Positions 49,410 through 58,906 of a DNA stretch of 64,000 bases are shown here, in pieces. The notes under the pieces are model-generated. The model did no database searches. It saw nothing but the letters and a program-made list of their open reading frames with translations, and had not been told where the DNA came from. The DNA is taken from positions 96,347 through 160,346 of the IMG/VR virus record IMGVR_UViG_3300025141_016157, one strand, 5' to 3'. The DNA is from a virus. Made by a program: the position numbers and the translations under genes. How positions within the stretch are numbered: the stretch's first letter is position 1; every line of letters starts with the position of its first letter.

Positions 49410-49709
49410 ATGAACTTAACATTTTCAAATGACAGGTCTAGTGTAACATCTTATGCTCATGATCCGCTATTAGTATCTAAATTGAATAGTACACTTATAA
49501 ACTTTCCAAAGATTTTAGATGGAATGGGAGAGAAAGTCGTTATTTGCGATTGTAAAAAATGCAAGCCATCTGGATTTGCAAAGTTCGCTGAGGTAATAAT
49601 CTTTGAATGGACCGCGAATGGAAACAAGTATGAAAAAGCTTTTTCAGGATACAATAGTTACTTTATACAAAATATAATTCATAAGTTAGAATCAATGAAT
49701 CAAGGTTAG
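49410..49709 (+). CDS. Hypothetical protein (CxCxxC)
   Basis: ATG 49410 right after the previous stop; CDCKKC. Confidence 0.55.
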   Translation: MNLTFSNDRSSVTSYAHDPLLVSKLNSTLINFPKILDGMGEKVVICDCKKCKPSGFAKFAEVIIFEWTANGNKYEKAFSGYNSYFIQNIIHKLESMNQG

Positions 49710-49718
49710 AGGTATTTT

Positions 49719-50033
49719 TTGAAATTCGATCATATAGCACTTAAGTCTTCAGATATTGATGCATCAATTGAGTGGTACAAGACGTGTCTGTCTTGCACTG
49801 TAGATTATGTAGATTCAACATGGGCAATGCTAGACTGCAATGGTACAAAAATTGCGCTTGTGAAAGAAGGAACACATCCACCCCACTTAGCGTTTCAAGT
49901 AATGTCAGAAGTAAAATTTCCATGTGATGAGTCACTAATTAAAAAACATAGGGACGGATCTTCATATTACTATGGTACTGATCCTGATGGAAATATTATA
50001 GAATGGGTAGCATATCCAGAAAAACAAGAATAG
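49719..50033 (+). CDS. VOC/glyoxalase family protein
   Basis: FDHIAL..DI..SIEWY, HLAF, DPDGNIIEW. Confidence 0.85.
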   Translation: MKFDHIALKSSDIDASIEWYKTCLSCTVDYVDSTWAMLDCNGTKIALVKEGTHPPHLAFQVMSEVKFPCDESLIKKHRDGSSYYYGTDPDGNIIEWVAYPEKQE

Positions 50034-50036
50034 TTA
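50029..50036 (+). promoter_or_regulatory. AATANTTA motif (putative late promoter)
   Basis: AATAGTTA then GGAG SD. Confidence 0.45.
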
Positions 50037-50059
50037 TATATTAATAATGGAGAAAGATT

Positions 50060-50524
50060 ATGTCATCAAGTAGATTCCCTGGGCAGGGTCCCAACTTTGT
50101 TCCAGCATACCAAGTGTCTGGAATTCCATATGTTACAAGCTCAGCTGGGCCTAAGGCAAATGCTGATCCAGTCTTAAGAGTAGCATTTCCAACTGTTACA
50201 AAAAGTGTAATGATTAAAAATACGGGAAACTATGGTCTAAGGGTAGCATTTACAAAGTCAGGATCATACAAGGCATCTGAGTCACATGAAGATGGAACGC
50301 CTCCAGCGTCATTTATAAGTCAATACTTCATGATACCTCCGTGTGACGCATCTGCGGGAGTTGCTGATGCCCCTCCTACAGTATTTGATGTCAGATGTAA
50401 GGAAATATTCCTTAGGTCAAACGATACAGGCAACGTTGCACCTTTCAGTCTGTATGCTGCATTGACAGGTGTTGAACAATTTCCTATTATCTCTGGAAGC
50501 ACTGGATTCAAGGGAGTTGGCTAG
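50060..50524 (+). CDS. Putative virion structural protein (beta-rich)
   Basis: VPAYQVSGIPYVTSS start, small-residue-rich beta pattern, late-type motif upstream. Confidence 0.5.
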   Translation: MSSSRFPGQGPNFVPAYQVSGIPYVTSSAGPKANADPVLRVAFPTVTKSVMIKNTGNYGLRVAFTKSGSYKASESHEDGTPPASFISQYFMIPPCDASAGVADAPPTVFDVRCKEIFLRSNDTGNVAPFSLYAALTGVEQFPIISGSTGFKGVG

Positions 50525-50754
50525 TGGCTACTAGGGAAACAATAAAAGAACTTGTAGAGAGATTATCGACAATAGAAAATGAAATAAAACTTCTTCAAGT
50601 TGATAAGAAAGATTTAATTTCCTCATACAGTGACAGGGTTGATATCAAGGCTTTTAGAGCGGCATGGGCAGTAATGAAAGCGAAGAAGAGAGTTGATGAA
50701 TCTGAGTTTGAACAGATTCTAGATGAGATTGAAAAGAGCGTTTCATTGACGTGA
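50524..50754 (+). CDS. GapR/DUF2312-like (T4 DsbA-like) DNA-binding protein
   Basis: IKELVERLSTIENEIKLLQVDKKDL..DIKAFR pattern. Confidence 0.6.
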   Translation: MATRETIKELVERLSTIENEIKLLQVDKKDLISSYSDRVDIKAFRAAWAVMKAKKRVDESEFEQILDEIEKSVSLT

Positions 50755-50960
50755 TCAGCCCAGGCGATATTGTTATCGTTGATAAGAATGCATTCGAATA
50801 CGCTGGAATAAGCTACGCTTGTGATACAGTAGGAGTTGTGATTTCAATACTATCAGGAAGAAGAGAGCTAAATCTCGATACTGATGAAATGTTTTGTGAA
50901 GTAATGATGCCCAGTGGAATGTTATCAATATTTTATAATAGAGACCTTGATGTTGCATAA
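50751..50960 (+). CDS. Small SH3-like hypothetical protein
   Basis: ISPGDIV..GVVI pattern. Confidence 0.55.
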   Translation: MISPGDIVIVDKNAFEYAGISYACDTVGVVISILSGRRELNLDTDEMFCEVMMPSGMLSIFYNRDLDVA

Positions 50961-51049
50961 AATGTAAATTAACTTTCATAAATTATATGAATGTTCTAGT
51001 TATCGAATATGTAATTAATGTAGGGTTCATTTTTTTATAGAGAGGGATT

Positions 51050-51211
51050 ATGAAACTATTGAAAAGTAGATCATTTTGGGTTTTTCTCTCATCAATAAAT
51101 GTAACTTCTGCAATGATCTGTGCATTTTGCGGATCACTTGAAGGAACAATAACTTGTATTCTTTCTTTGGGGGCATGTATGATATCATATAGCCTCTCAG
51201 AGAATCCCTAG
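51050..51211 (+). CDS. 53-aa two-helix membrane microprotein (not in ORF track)
   Basis: MKLLKSRSFWVFLSSINVTSAMICAFCGSLEGTITCILSLGACMISYSLSENP; GAGGG SD; stop abuts the next ATG. Confidence 0.55.
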   Translation: MKLLKSRSFWVFLSSINVTSAMICAFCGSLEGTITCILSLGACMISYSLSENP

Positions 51212-51700
51212 ATGAAATACTTAAAACCGATTAGCAAATATAAGTGGAATTCAGGTTGCGGTGACATTGTTTTTTTTGATGACATTATAGAAGATATAAG
51301 ATTTCACACTAAAAATGGTGGAAATATTTATATAGGCGCTGATAGTCAAATACATGGAACGACATGCACGTTTGTTACTGCAATATGCCTTCACGGCGGA
51401 GATAAAAAAGCAAGCAGGTATTACTTTAAAAGAGAACCGCAGATAAAATATCCCAATAGAAATTTAAGAAATAGAATAAACGAAGAAGTTACAAGGGCAA
51501 TTGATGTTTTTTTGTATTTGTCTGATACAGTGCCTGATATTAAAGTAGAGATACATATTGATATTGGCAGTACTGAGAAATCTAGGACAAGGACACTTGT
51601 TGATTCTATTACCGGGTGGGTAAAAGGGTTCGGAGTTCCCTATAAAATCAAACCAGATGCATGGGCATCAGCAGCAGTTGCAGACAGGCATACAAAATAA
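51212..51700 (+). CDS. RNase H-like YkuK/DUF458 family protein
   Basis: YIGADSQ, EIHIDIG, KPDAWASAAVADRHTK. Confidence 0.8.
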   Translation: MKYLKPISKYKWNSGCGDIVFFDDIIEDIRFHTKNGGNIYIGADSQIHGTTCTFVTAICLHGGDKKASRYYFKREPQIKYPNRNLRNRINEEVTRAIDVFLYLSDTVPDIKVEIHIDIGSTEKSRTRTLVDSITGWVKGFGVPYKIKPDAWASAAVADRHTK

Positions 51701-51819
51701 CTCTAGGACTTCAACTAGGGTACCCAGATCAGCTCCAGATTTATTTCAAGTGATCCACTGATTGGTTTATTGGATAGGAACCAGGATGCTTCTTATGTTT
51801 AATTTAAGCTACTCTTTAC

Positions 51820-51848
51820 GTGTAAATATTGCAAATAAATTATAAAAT
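51820..51848 (+). promoter_or_regulatory. Class I promoter GTGTAA-N17-TAAAAT
   Basis: GTGTAA 51820-51825, TAAAAT 51843-51848. Confidence 0.6.
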
Positions 51849-51864
51849 ATATTTGGATATAAAT

Positions 51865-52482
51865 ATGATTAAAGTTCTTGGAAGAATTCCCAATAGGGTT
51901 GTTTTGGCGTGTAGCGGTGGGCCGGATTCAATGGCAGCTGCAAGTTTTATACTTAATAGTAGAAGAGACATGTCTATTTTGCATTTTGATCATCACACAG
52001 ATCATTCAAAAGATGCAAGAGCTCTTGTTGAAAGATTTTGTGAAAATTATAAAATACCTCTTAGAGTTGTTGACATCGAAGGTTCTCCTGAAAAAGGCGA
52101 ATCTTGTGAAAAGTGGTGGAGGGATAAAAGATACAATGTGTTTCACGAGTATAGTGCTCCAGTAATAACAGCTCATAACCTAGATGATGTTGCAGAGTGG
52201 TGGCTATTTACATCTCTTAGGGGAAACCCACGAGTAATGCCGTATAGAAATAAAAATGTATTTAGGCCTTTTCTAATTACAAAAAAACTAGATCTAGAAA
52301 ACTGGTGTGAAAAAAACAATGTTCCGTTTGTAATAGATCCTACAAACTCAGGTGACAGGTTTGCCAGATCACTAATTAGAAAAAATATTATTCCAGAAGC
52401 ACTAAGGGTGGCACCGGGATTTTTAAAGACAATGTCCAATAAAGTTAAAAAAGATTACTCGGAGAATCAAAATGAAAATTAA
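51865..52482 (+). CDS. tilS: tRNA(Ile)-lysidine synthetase, N-terminal catalytic domain only
   Basis: SGGPDS PP-loop, HFDH, RY, TAHNLDDVAE, RPFL, DPTN, R..IR. Confidence 0.85.
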   Translation: MIKVLGRIPNRVVLACSGGPDSMAAASFILNSRRDMSILHFDHHTDHSKDARALVERFCENYKIPLRVVDIEGSPEKGESCEKWWRDKRYNVFHEYSAPVITAHNLDDVAEWWLFTSLRGNPRVMPYRNKNVFRPFLITKKLDLENWCEKNNVPFVIDPTNSGDRFARSLIRKNIIPEALRVAPGFLKTMSNKVKKDYSENQNEN

Positions 52483-53509
52483 AAAATGTCTATCATTTGA
52501 TGATATACTTCTCGTTCCAAGAATGTCAGATATTGTGTCACGAAGTGAAATTGACATTAACACTAATATTGGGGGAGGGATATCACTGAATCTACCAGTT
52601 ATTTCTTCTCCTATGGATACTGTAACAGAATCTGACATGGCTGTTGGAATGGATCAGAACGGCGGCTTGGGAATTATTCACAGATATAACACAGTTGAAA
52701 ATCAATGTGAAATAGTAAAGACAGCAATTAGTAGAAATGCATATCATGTAGGTGCAGCAATCGGTGTTTCTGGAGACTATATTGAAAGAGCAAGATCGCT
52801 TATTAGTGCAGGAGCAACTATTCTTTGCGTTGATATTGCCCATGGTCATCATACTTTAATGAGGCACGCACTCTCTACACTTAGAAATACTTTGGGTCAT
52901 GATGTACATATTATGGCTGGAAATGTTGCAACAAGAGAGGGGTACGAATCTCTTGCTGATTGGGGTGCTACATCTGTAAGAGTTGGAATTGGCGGTGGGT
53001 CAATATGCTCAACTAGAATTCAAACAGGACATGGTGTTCCCACATTTCAATCAATACTTGATTGCTCGGAGTCAAGCTATACTTTTGATGTTCCTATAGT
53101 TGCAGATGGCGGGATTAAAAATAGTGGTGATATTGTAAAAGCTCTTGCTGCAGGAGCTTCATCTGTCATGCTTGGATCATTAATCTCTGGGACAGAGGAA
53201 TCTCCAGGCGTTAAAATTTCTAGAGATGGACTTGTCTATAAGGAGTACAGGGGAATGGCTTCATCTCGTGCACAGATAAACTGGAGAGGAAAAATTGCAT
53301 CTAGGGAAGGTGTTGCAGCTCTTGTACCATATAAGGGGCCTGTTTGTGAAATTCTAAAGAGCCTTGAGGCAGGAATAAGAAGCGGACTAAGCTATACCGG
53401 AAGTAAGAATATTGAACATTTTCAGGCAACATCTGAGATGATTATTCAGACATCGGCAGGAATCGCGGAAAGCAATACACATGTTTTTTCTCGAGGTTTA
53501 AAGTTTTGA
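52472..53509 (+). CDS. guaB: IMP dehydrogenase / GMP reductase family (no CBS domains)
   Basis: SPMDTVT, DIAHGH, GNVAT, GIGGGSICSTR, ADGGI, YRGMAS, EG. Confidence 0.88.
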   Translation: MKIKKCLSFDDILLVPRMSDIVSRSEIDINTNIGGGISLNLPVISSPMDTVTESDMAVGMDQNGGLGIIHRYNTVENQCEIVKTAISRNAYHVGAAIGVSGDYIERARSLISAGATILCVDIAHGHHTLMRHALSTLRNTLGHDVHIMAGNVATREGYESLADWGATSVRVGIGGGSICSTRIQTGHGVPTFQSILDCSESSYTFDVPIVADGGIKNSGDIVKALAAGASSVMLGSLISGTEESPGVKISRDGLVYKEYRGMASSRAQINWRGKIASREGVAALVPYKGPVCEILKSLEAGIRSGLSYTGSKNIEHFQATSEMIIQTSAGIAESNTHVFSRGLKF

Positions 53510-53557
53510 AAATAACAGATAATTGTGTTAATATTATTATGGAAGAGGTAGAATATT

Positions 53558-53788
53558 TTGAATAATTTTTTTCTAGAAAAAGGTAGGCATGTCTATCTAA
53601 GTGAAGTGGGGCATAGAGGATTTCTCTATCCCGAGTCTTCAGAGACTGTGGTCCTATATTCATCAAATTGTGAAATGCTTCCATGGGTAGGGAGTAATAC
53701 AAAGAAAGCAATTTTGGTACCGGAGAATTCAGTCTCAGTAGCAGGAAGTCCTAATAAAAAAATTCCTGTCTGGGTGAAAAATGGATAA
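53558..53788 (+). CDS. Hypothetical protein
   Basis: GAGG SD, TTG start. Confidence 0.55.
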   Translation: MNNFFLEKGRHVYLSEVGHRGFLYPESSETVVLYSSNCEMLPWVGSNTKKAILVPENSVSVAGSPNKKIPVWVKNG

Positions 53789-55409
53789 TGGATATGAATC
53801 ATATCTAGAAAAGTTTCCGTATGAATCTATAAGAGATCAGCAGAAGACTGCGATAGACTTTGCACTGAAAACACTTCTAGCAGAAAATAAAAAGTTTTGC
53901 GTTATTGAAGCAGGCACAGGTGTAGGAAAATCAGCAGTAGGACTCACTGTTGCAAGAATTGTAGCAGAAAACTCTTCTTTTAGTGAAAAAACTTCAAAAG
54001 GATCATATTTTCTCACAACACAAAAAATACTCCAAGACCAGTACGAAAATGATTTTAACTCTATGGTGTCTCTAAAATCATCAACAAATTACAAGTGTAA
54101 TTATCACAAGAAAAATACATGCTCTGAAAGCCAGGCGCTTCTAAGAACTGAAGAGAAAGGGACAAGATTTTTTAATTCATGTGCATTTGACTGTGTCTAT
54201 AAAAAGAAAAAGAAGAAATTTCTTGAATCTCCCGAGAGTGTTACAAATTTTCCATACTTTCTTACAGAGGCTGGCTATAGTGGAAAGATAACCAAGAGAC
54301 AAGTTCTCATAGTAGACGAAGCCCATAATGTTGAATCAGAACTATCTCGCTTTGTGGAAGTAAGTGTCTCAGCACATTTTGCAAAAACACTTTTAAATCT
54401 AAAATTTCCCGAAAAGCCTACACAGTATAGAGTTTTTAAGTGGATAGTAGATGTATATTTACCTGCAGTTACAAGAAAAATATCACACATAGAAAGGATG
54501 ATTGAACAATTTGGTGGAGAAAAATTTAGAGAAAAGCTCAGCCAGTTTAAAAAAATTACACGACAGCTAGACCTATTAAGCAGTCACCTTTCAAAAATAG
54601 AGAATTTTGTAAACATGTATGATTCTGATAACTGGATATTTGATATCTCGAAAACAGACTATAGGGGAAGTCTTAGAGCGACTTTTAAACCTATCGATGT
54701 TTCCCCTTACGCAGAAGAGAGTTTATTTTCCCTAGGCGAAAAAGTTGTTATGATGAGTGCTACTATAATGGACAAGAAAACATTCTGTCAAACACTTGGG
54801 ATAAATGAGGATGATTGCGGATTTATTAGTATACCGTCACCTTTTGATCCCAAGAGCAGACCTGTTATATTCTCCCCTGTTGGCAGTATGAGTGCTAGAA
54901 ATATTGAGAAGACTCTTCCCAATCTTGCAAAGGCTGTTAAGGAAGTTTTAGATCATCATAAAGGTGAAAAAGGTATTATTCATTGTAAAACTTTTAAGAT
55001 AGCAAACTACATTAAAAGAAATGTTAAATCAAGTAGATTTATTATACACGACTCTACAAATAGAGATGAGATGTTAGCAAAGCATATATCTTCTAATCGT
55101 GATACAATTCTTCTTTCACCCTCTATGACAGAGGGCGTTGATTTAAAAGATGACTCTAGCAGATTTCAAATAATCTGCAAAGTTCCTTTTCCATATCTCG
55201 GAGATAAGCTTGTAAAGAAGCGGATGCATAAGTTTCCCGGATGGTATAATTTACAAACAGCAAAAACAATAGTCCAGTCAGCCGGTAGAAGTGTCAGAAA
55301 TGAAGATGATCATGCAGCCACTTATATTCTCGACTCTGACTTTAGCAGATTTTTACAGAATAATCGAGGGCTATTTTCAAAAGATTTCCTTCAGTGCTTA
55401 GTTGGATAA
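53781..55409 (+). CDS. DinG/XPD-family SF2 helicase
   Basis: RDQQ, EAGTGVGKS, four-Cys Fe-S-like region, VDEAHN, MSAT, EGVD, QSAGRSVR. Confidence 0.88.
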   Translation: MDNGYESYLEKFPYESIRDQQKTAIDFALKTLLAENKKFCVIEAGTGVGKSAVGLTVARIVAENSSFSEKTSKGSYFLTTQKILQDQYENDFNSMVSLKSSTNYKCNYHKKNTCSESQALLRTEEKGTRFFNSCAFDCVYKKKKKKFLESPESVTNFPYFLTEAGYSGKITKRQVLIVDEAHNVESELSRFVEVSVSAHFAKTLLNLKFPEKPTQYRVFKWIVDVYLPAVTRKISHIERMIEQFGGEKFREKLSQFKKITRQLDLLSSHLSKIENFVNMYDSDNWIFDISKTDYRGSLRATFKPIDVSPYAEESLFSLGEKVVMMSATIMDKKTFCQTLGINEDDCGFISIPSPFDPKSRPVIFSPVGSMSARNIEKTLPNLAKAVKEVLDHHKGEKGIIHCKTFKIANYIKRNVKSSRFIIHDSTNRDEMLAKHISSNRDTILLSPSMTEGVDLKDDSSRFQIICKVPFPYLGDKLVKKRMHKFPGWYNLQTAKTIVQSAGRSVRNEDDHAATYILDSDFSRFLQNNRGLFSKDFLQCLVG

Positions 55410-55424
55410 AAGCGTTAAGTTATT

Positions 55425-55772
55425 TTGTGGTTACAGCTAGCGATAAGTACTTTTTTATTTACTATTCTTCACACACTAGTCTGGTTTAGTACAAATTTAC
55501 AGTTTGTAAAAGGATTTGACAATAGTAAGTCTCTATTTATTTCATTGTTGCTTTCTATACCGATTACTTTATGCGCATTTTATGCAACAAAGATTGCGTA
55601 TAGCGCAATGAGTGACTCTCTTTGGTCTGTAAGATTTATAGGATTTGGAATGTCCTATCTTGTATTTCCAATACTAACATGGACTATTCTTGGTGAGTCT
55701 ATGTTTACGATAAAGACTATTTCGTGCATATGTCTTTCAATTATAATTGTGTGTATACAAGTTTTCTTTTAG
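55425..55772 (+). CDS. Small 4-TM membrane protein (EamA/SMR-like)
   Basis: Four hydrophobic helices; LGE motif before the last helix. Confidence 0.65.
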   Translation: MWLQLAISTFLFTILHTLVWFSTNLQFVKGFDNSKSLFISLLLSIPITLCAFYATKIAYSAMSDSLWSVRFIGFGMSYLVFPILTWTILGESMFTIKTISCICLSIIIVCIQVFF

Positions 55773-55780
55773 TAGAAACG

Positions 55781-55788
55781 AATAATTA
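55781..55788 (+). promoter_or_regulatory. AATANTTA motif (putative late promoter)
   Basis: AATAATTA. Confidence 0.5.
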
Positions 55789-55806
55789 TAAAATAGAGAG
55801 GGCTTG

Positions 55807-56229
55807 ATGAAAAATCATGTAGTTACCATTAGAGATATTCCCTTGTCTGTTGAGGTTGCAGATACTGAGGAACTAAGGCAGAAAGGTCTTATGAATAGGA
55901 TGAACCTGGCTCATGATTCAGGCATGCTTTTTATATTTGAAGAACCTAGAGAATTAGGGTTCTGGATGAAAAATACAAGAATACCTCTTTCTATTGCATT
56001 TCTATCATCGACAGGAGACATTTTGAACATAGAGGACATGAATCCGTACGATTCTACTACACAAAAATCTATTTCAGATGCCAGATGTGCAATAGAGGTA
56101 AACCAGGGGTGGTTTAAGAGAAATGGTATAAACCCAGGAGATACAGTAAGCGGGATTCCCATAGAGGATACAGTTACAATAACAGAAGATAAACTTAGAG
56201 AAATAGTACGGAATGTACTTTTAGGATAA
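55807..56229 (+). CDS. DUF192 family protein with C-terminal tag
   Basis: VEVADT..R.KGLM.R, GMLFIF, FWMKNTRIPLSIAF, AIEVNQG; ends VTITEDKLREIVRNVLLG. Confidence 0.85.
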   Translation: MKNHVVTIRDIPLSVEVADTEELRQKGLMNRMNLAHDSGMLFIFEEPRELGFWMKNTRIPLSIAFLSSTGDILNIEDMNPYDSTTQKSISDARCAIEVNQGWFKRNGINPGDTVSGIPIEDTVTITEDKLREIVRNVLLG

Positions 56230-56234
56230 ATATT

Positions 56235-56804
56235 ATGAAACTAATTTCACTTTTTGCTCTTTTACTATCTGGCTGCGCAGCAACCCTTGACTCAGATGTT
56301 GGAGTTGAAGATTCTACGCAAGTAGACAATAGACAATGGCACACATGGGAGGAATGTGGCGCATTGCCCGGAGAGAACCCATGTAATTTTACGCTTCTTG
56401 ATCAGAATAATAAAGAAGTAGAGCTTTATGATTTCTATGGAAAGGTAATCATACTAGATCTTTCTGCAATGTGGTGTGGCATATGTGTAAACATAGCAGG
56501 AACTAGTGAAACTCTTGTAGATGATCTTGGTAGTGATAAAGTTGTATGGATAACCGTTCTAATAGAAGATGAATCTGGTCTCCCGCCTGATCAGAGTGAT
56601 TTACAAAGATGGGAATCTCAACACGGAGGATCAGGTCCAATACTTGCGGGAGATAGATCACTTGTAGATCCAACAGGAGAAACTGGATACCCAGTAACGG
56701 GTTGGCCAACAGTCGTAGTCATAGACCAAAAAATGACAGTATTCAATGGAATAACAGGCTGGAGTGAAGATATGGTTAGGGGATGGGTAACCTCACTGCT
56801 ATAG
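56235..56804 (+). CDS. TlpA-like thioredoxin lipoprotein
   Basis: Lipobox LSGC; FTLLDQ, GKVIILD..AMWCGIC, WPT. Confidence 0.8.
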   Translation: MKLISLFALLLSGCAATLDSDVGVEDSTQVDNRQWHTWEECGALPGENPCNFTLLDQNNKEVELYDFYGKVIILDLSAMWCGICVNIAGTSETLVDDLGSDKVVWITVLIEDESGLPPDQSDLQRWESQHGGSGPILAGDRSLVDPTGETGYPVTGWPTVVVIDQKMTVFNGITGWSEDMVRGWVTSLL

Positions 56805-56833
56805 TTGTAAAATTGTAAATAATTCTGTATTAT
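56805..56833 (+). promoter_or_regulatory. Class I promoter TTGTAA-N17-TATTAT
   Basis: TTGTAA 56805-56810, TATTAT 56828-56833. Confidence 0.55.
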
Positions 56834-56857
56834 TAGTTTGATAAAGAAGAATTTATT

Positions 56858-57118
56858 ATGATAGCTAAAGAAAAAAAATGGTACGTTTATCTTCTTGTCT
56901 GTTCAGACATGACTCTTTATTGTGGTATAACTACTGACATAGGAAGACGACTTGTTGAGCATAACCAGTCAAAGAAAGGTGCAAAATATACAAGATCGAG
57001 GAGGCCAGTAGAGCTTGTGGGCTATGTTGAAAAGAATAGCAGATCAGAAGCGCTATCATACGAAATAAAGATAAAAAAGCTTAAGAGGAAAGAAAAAATA
57101 CTAATGTTTATTCAATAG
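56858..57118 (+). CDS. Stand-alone GIY-YIG nuclease (YhbQ-like)
   Basis: WYVYLL..D.TLYCGITTD..RR..EHN, GAKYTR, EA...E..IK. Confidence 0.85.
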   Translation: MIAKEKKWYVYLLVCSDMTLYCGITTDIGRRLVEHNQSKKGAKYTRSRRPVELVGYVEKNSRSEALSYEIKIKKLKRKEKILMFIQ

Positions 57119-57126
57119 AATAATTA
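57119..57126 (+). promoter_or_regulatory. AATANTTA motif (putative late promoter)
   Basis: AATAATTA. Confidence 0.45.
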
Positions 57127-57136
57127 CTTATTAGAC

Positions 57137-57808
57137 ATGACAGATAGTAAAAACATATTTAAAAAGTGGTTTTCACTTTTAGAATCAGAAGTAATAGACA
57201 GGTCAAGCCCTAGGTCACTACGTGTTCTTGATTTTGATCACACGGTTGCTTTTACTGGTGAGCTAGTATACGTTTTAAGCCCAGAAGGTGACGTAGTTGA
57301 AACACTTGATTCAGAAGAATATTCTCACCATAGCTTTTCTAGAGACGAAGTACTGGCTGGATTCTCTTACGATTTTAAAGAGTTTGATGACGTAAATCCA
57401 AGTAGGGCAAAAGAGAATAGTCATGTAACTACTATTTTGAGAAATTTTATTAATGCAAAACCAGAGAGAATTATTCTTATTCTCACTGCTCGAAATCAAG
57501 AGGCAGAAAAAGGAATTAGAAATTATTTAGAAACTATTGGAATAGATCACAGTAATATACATGTTGTAGGTGTTGGTAGTTCATCGCCGCAGAAGAAAGT
57601 AGATGAAGTGAAAAATATTTTAGATAAAAATATTTCTATTGATGAGGTAAGTTTTTTTGATGATTCAATGGCAAATACTGAGGAAATGATGAGATTTTTA
57701 AGCGGATATGAGAGAGACAATGGAGATACTGTCTTCTTTGATGTTGCAAAAGTCGAAGAAGATGGAAAATTAACTAGAATGCCCGGCTATAGGGTAAGGA
57801 GAAAATAA
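57137..57808 (+). CDS. HAD-superfamily phosphatase with N-terminal tag
   Basis: LDFDHT, LTAR, KK, FFDDS; leader ..FKKWFSLLE. Confidence 0.8.
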   Translation: MTDSKNIFKKWFSLLESEVIDRSSPRSLRVLDFDHTVAFTGELVYVLSPEGDVVETLDSEEYSHHSFSRDEVLAGFSYDFKEFDDVNPSRAKENSHVTTILRNFINAKPERIILILTARNQEAEKGIRNYLETIGIDHSNIHVVGVGSSSPQKKVDEVKNILDKNISIDEVSFFDDSMANTEEMMRFLSGYERDNGDTVFFDVAKVEEDGKLTRMPGYRVRRK

Positions 57809-58006
57809 ATGCTTAGAGTAGGTGATAGGGTTTTTCCCATAATGAATATGGGAGCAACTGGAACAATTGTAGATGTAAAGCTTGTTGAGTCTGGCGCATG
57901 GATGATCGGTGGTGCTTCTTCAAAAATAAGAAAGCTAATTGTCAAACATGACGATAACCAAATTTTAGAATACACTTCAAACGATCTTATGAGGCTAGAT
58001 GACTAA
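57809..58006 (+). CDS. Small SH3-like hypothetical protein
   Basis: LRVGDRV..GTIV pattern; AAGGAG SD. Confidence 0.6.
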   Translation: MLRVGDRVFPIMNMGATGTIVDVKLVESGAWMIGGASSKIRKLIVKHDDNQILEYTSNDLMRLDD

Positions 58007-58236
58007 TGAAGAAAGATAATACTATAGATTCAAACACACCAATAGAAGATAGACTTGAAGCTCTTGAGGCTGAGCTAGCAAAATATAGCGAAAAATCTAA
58101 TACAGGTGCAAACCCGCTAGGCTTTGTAAAAAAAATAGTTAAAAGAGTTTTCTGTAGGCAAAACTTAGAACTGTTCCTTTCAGTTGCAGCAATTGCAATT
58201 TCTCTAGCAACTGCATTTTATACATTGGGATCATAA
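58006..58236 (+). CDS. Small protein with C-terminal TM
   Basis: Coupled ORF, hydrophobic C-terminus. Confidence 0.6.
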   Translation: MKKDNTIDSNTPIEDRLEALEAELAKYSEKSNTGANPLGFVKKIVKRVFCRQNLELFLSVAAIAISLATAFYTLGS

Positions 58237-58311
58237 GATATACAATTTAATGATTTATAAAATAAATTGTGATAGTCTTTTCACCTTGTGTATTATGTAA
58301 CTATAGGAGTA

Positions 58312-58578
58312 ATGAATATGGATATGTTTCAAGAAATTCTTAGTTCTGGATTTGAAATTCCAGTAGATGAAGCATTTCATCCCGAATGTATCTTAAGCGG
58401 ATCGGGTTTTGGATGGTTCTATAGCGAAACAAAGAGAACAATGGTTAGAGTTATAAGGGGATCTGAATGTCTTATTTTTGACAAAGACCCTACAAATGAT
58501 TCAAAAGTTATTGTTCAAATTGGAAATGAAGTTCTCTCAATTCCTGAAAGTGAACTTCTTGAAGTTGGGTGGAATTAA
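58312..58578 (+). CDS. Hypothetical protein
   Basis: AGGAG SD before ATG 58312/58318. Confidence 0.6.
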   Translation: MNMDMFQEILSSGFEIPVDEAFHPECILSGSGFGWFYSETKRTMVRVIRGSECLIFDKDPTNDSKVIVQIGNEVLSIPESELLEVGWN

Positions 58579-58802
58579 ACAAGATATTGAAAAAAAATAG
58601 TGCTTGCTATAAACCCAGAGATAAAACAAGATATTGAAATTAATTTTATTTTTCTAATTTTGTTTTTTACCTCTTTATCTCTTGCTTCGATAAGGGCGAG
58701 AGAAATATCTACATGATACTCTCTAAGGTTTAAAGAGCACTCTTTATCTATAAGCTCTCTCTCTTTTTTCTGCAATAGAAATGGATGTGGAATTATTTTC
58801 AT
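58575..58802 (-). CDS. Small protein with C-terminal TM
   Basis: Fills an otherwise empty gap; hydrophobic C-terminus. Confidence 0.5.
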   Translation of the reverse strand: MKIIPHPFLLQKKERELIDKECSLNLREYHVDISLALIEARDKEVKNKIRKIKLISISCFISGFIASTIFFQYLV

Positions 58803-58906
58803 TTTTTATATAAGTCTCTATTGTATGTTTTTATTTTTGATCCATATTTTAGATATTTAATATTTGATACCTTTATACGTATATAGCATATAGACACGAG
58901 GTTAAT

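Noticed and set aside
56858-57118. Mobile homing endonuclease
   Set aside because: Only the 86-aa catalytic GIY-YIG domain, with no DNA-binding extension; it resembles stand-alone YhbQ-like proteins.
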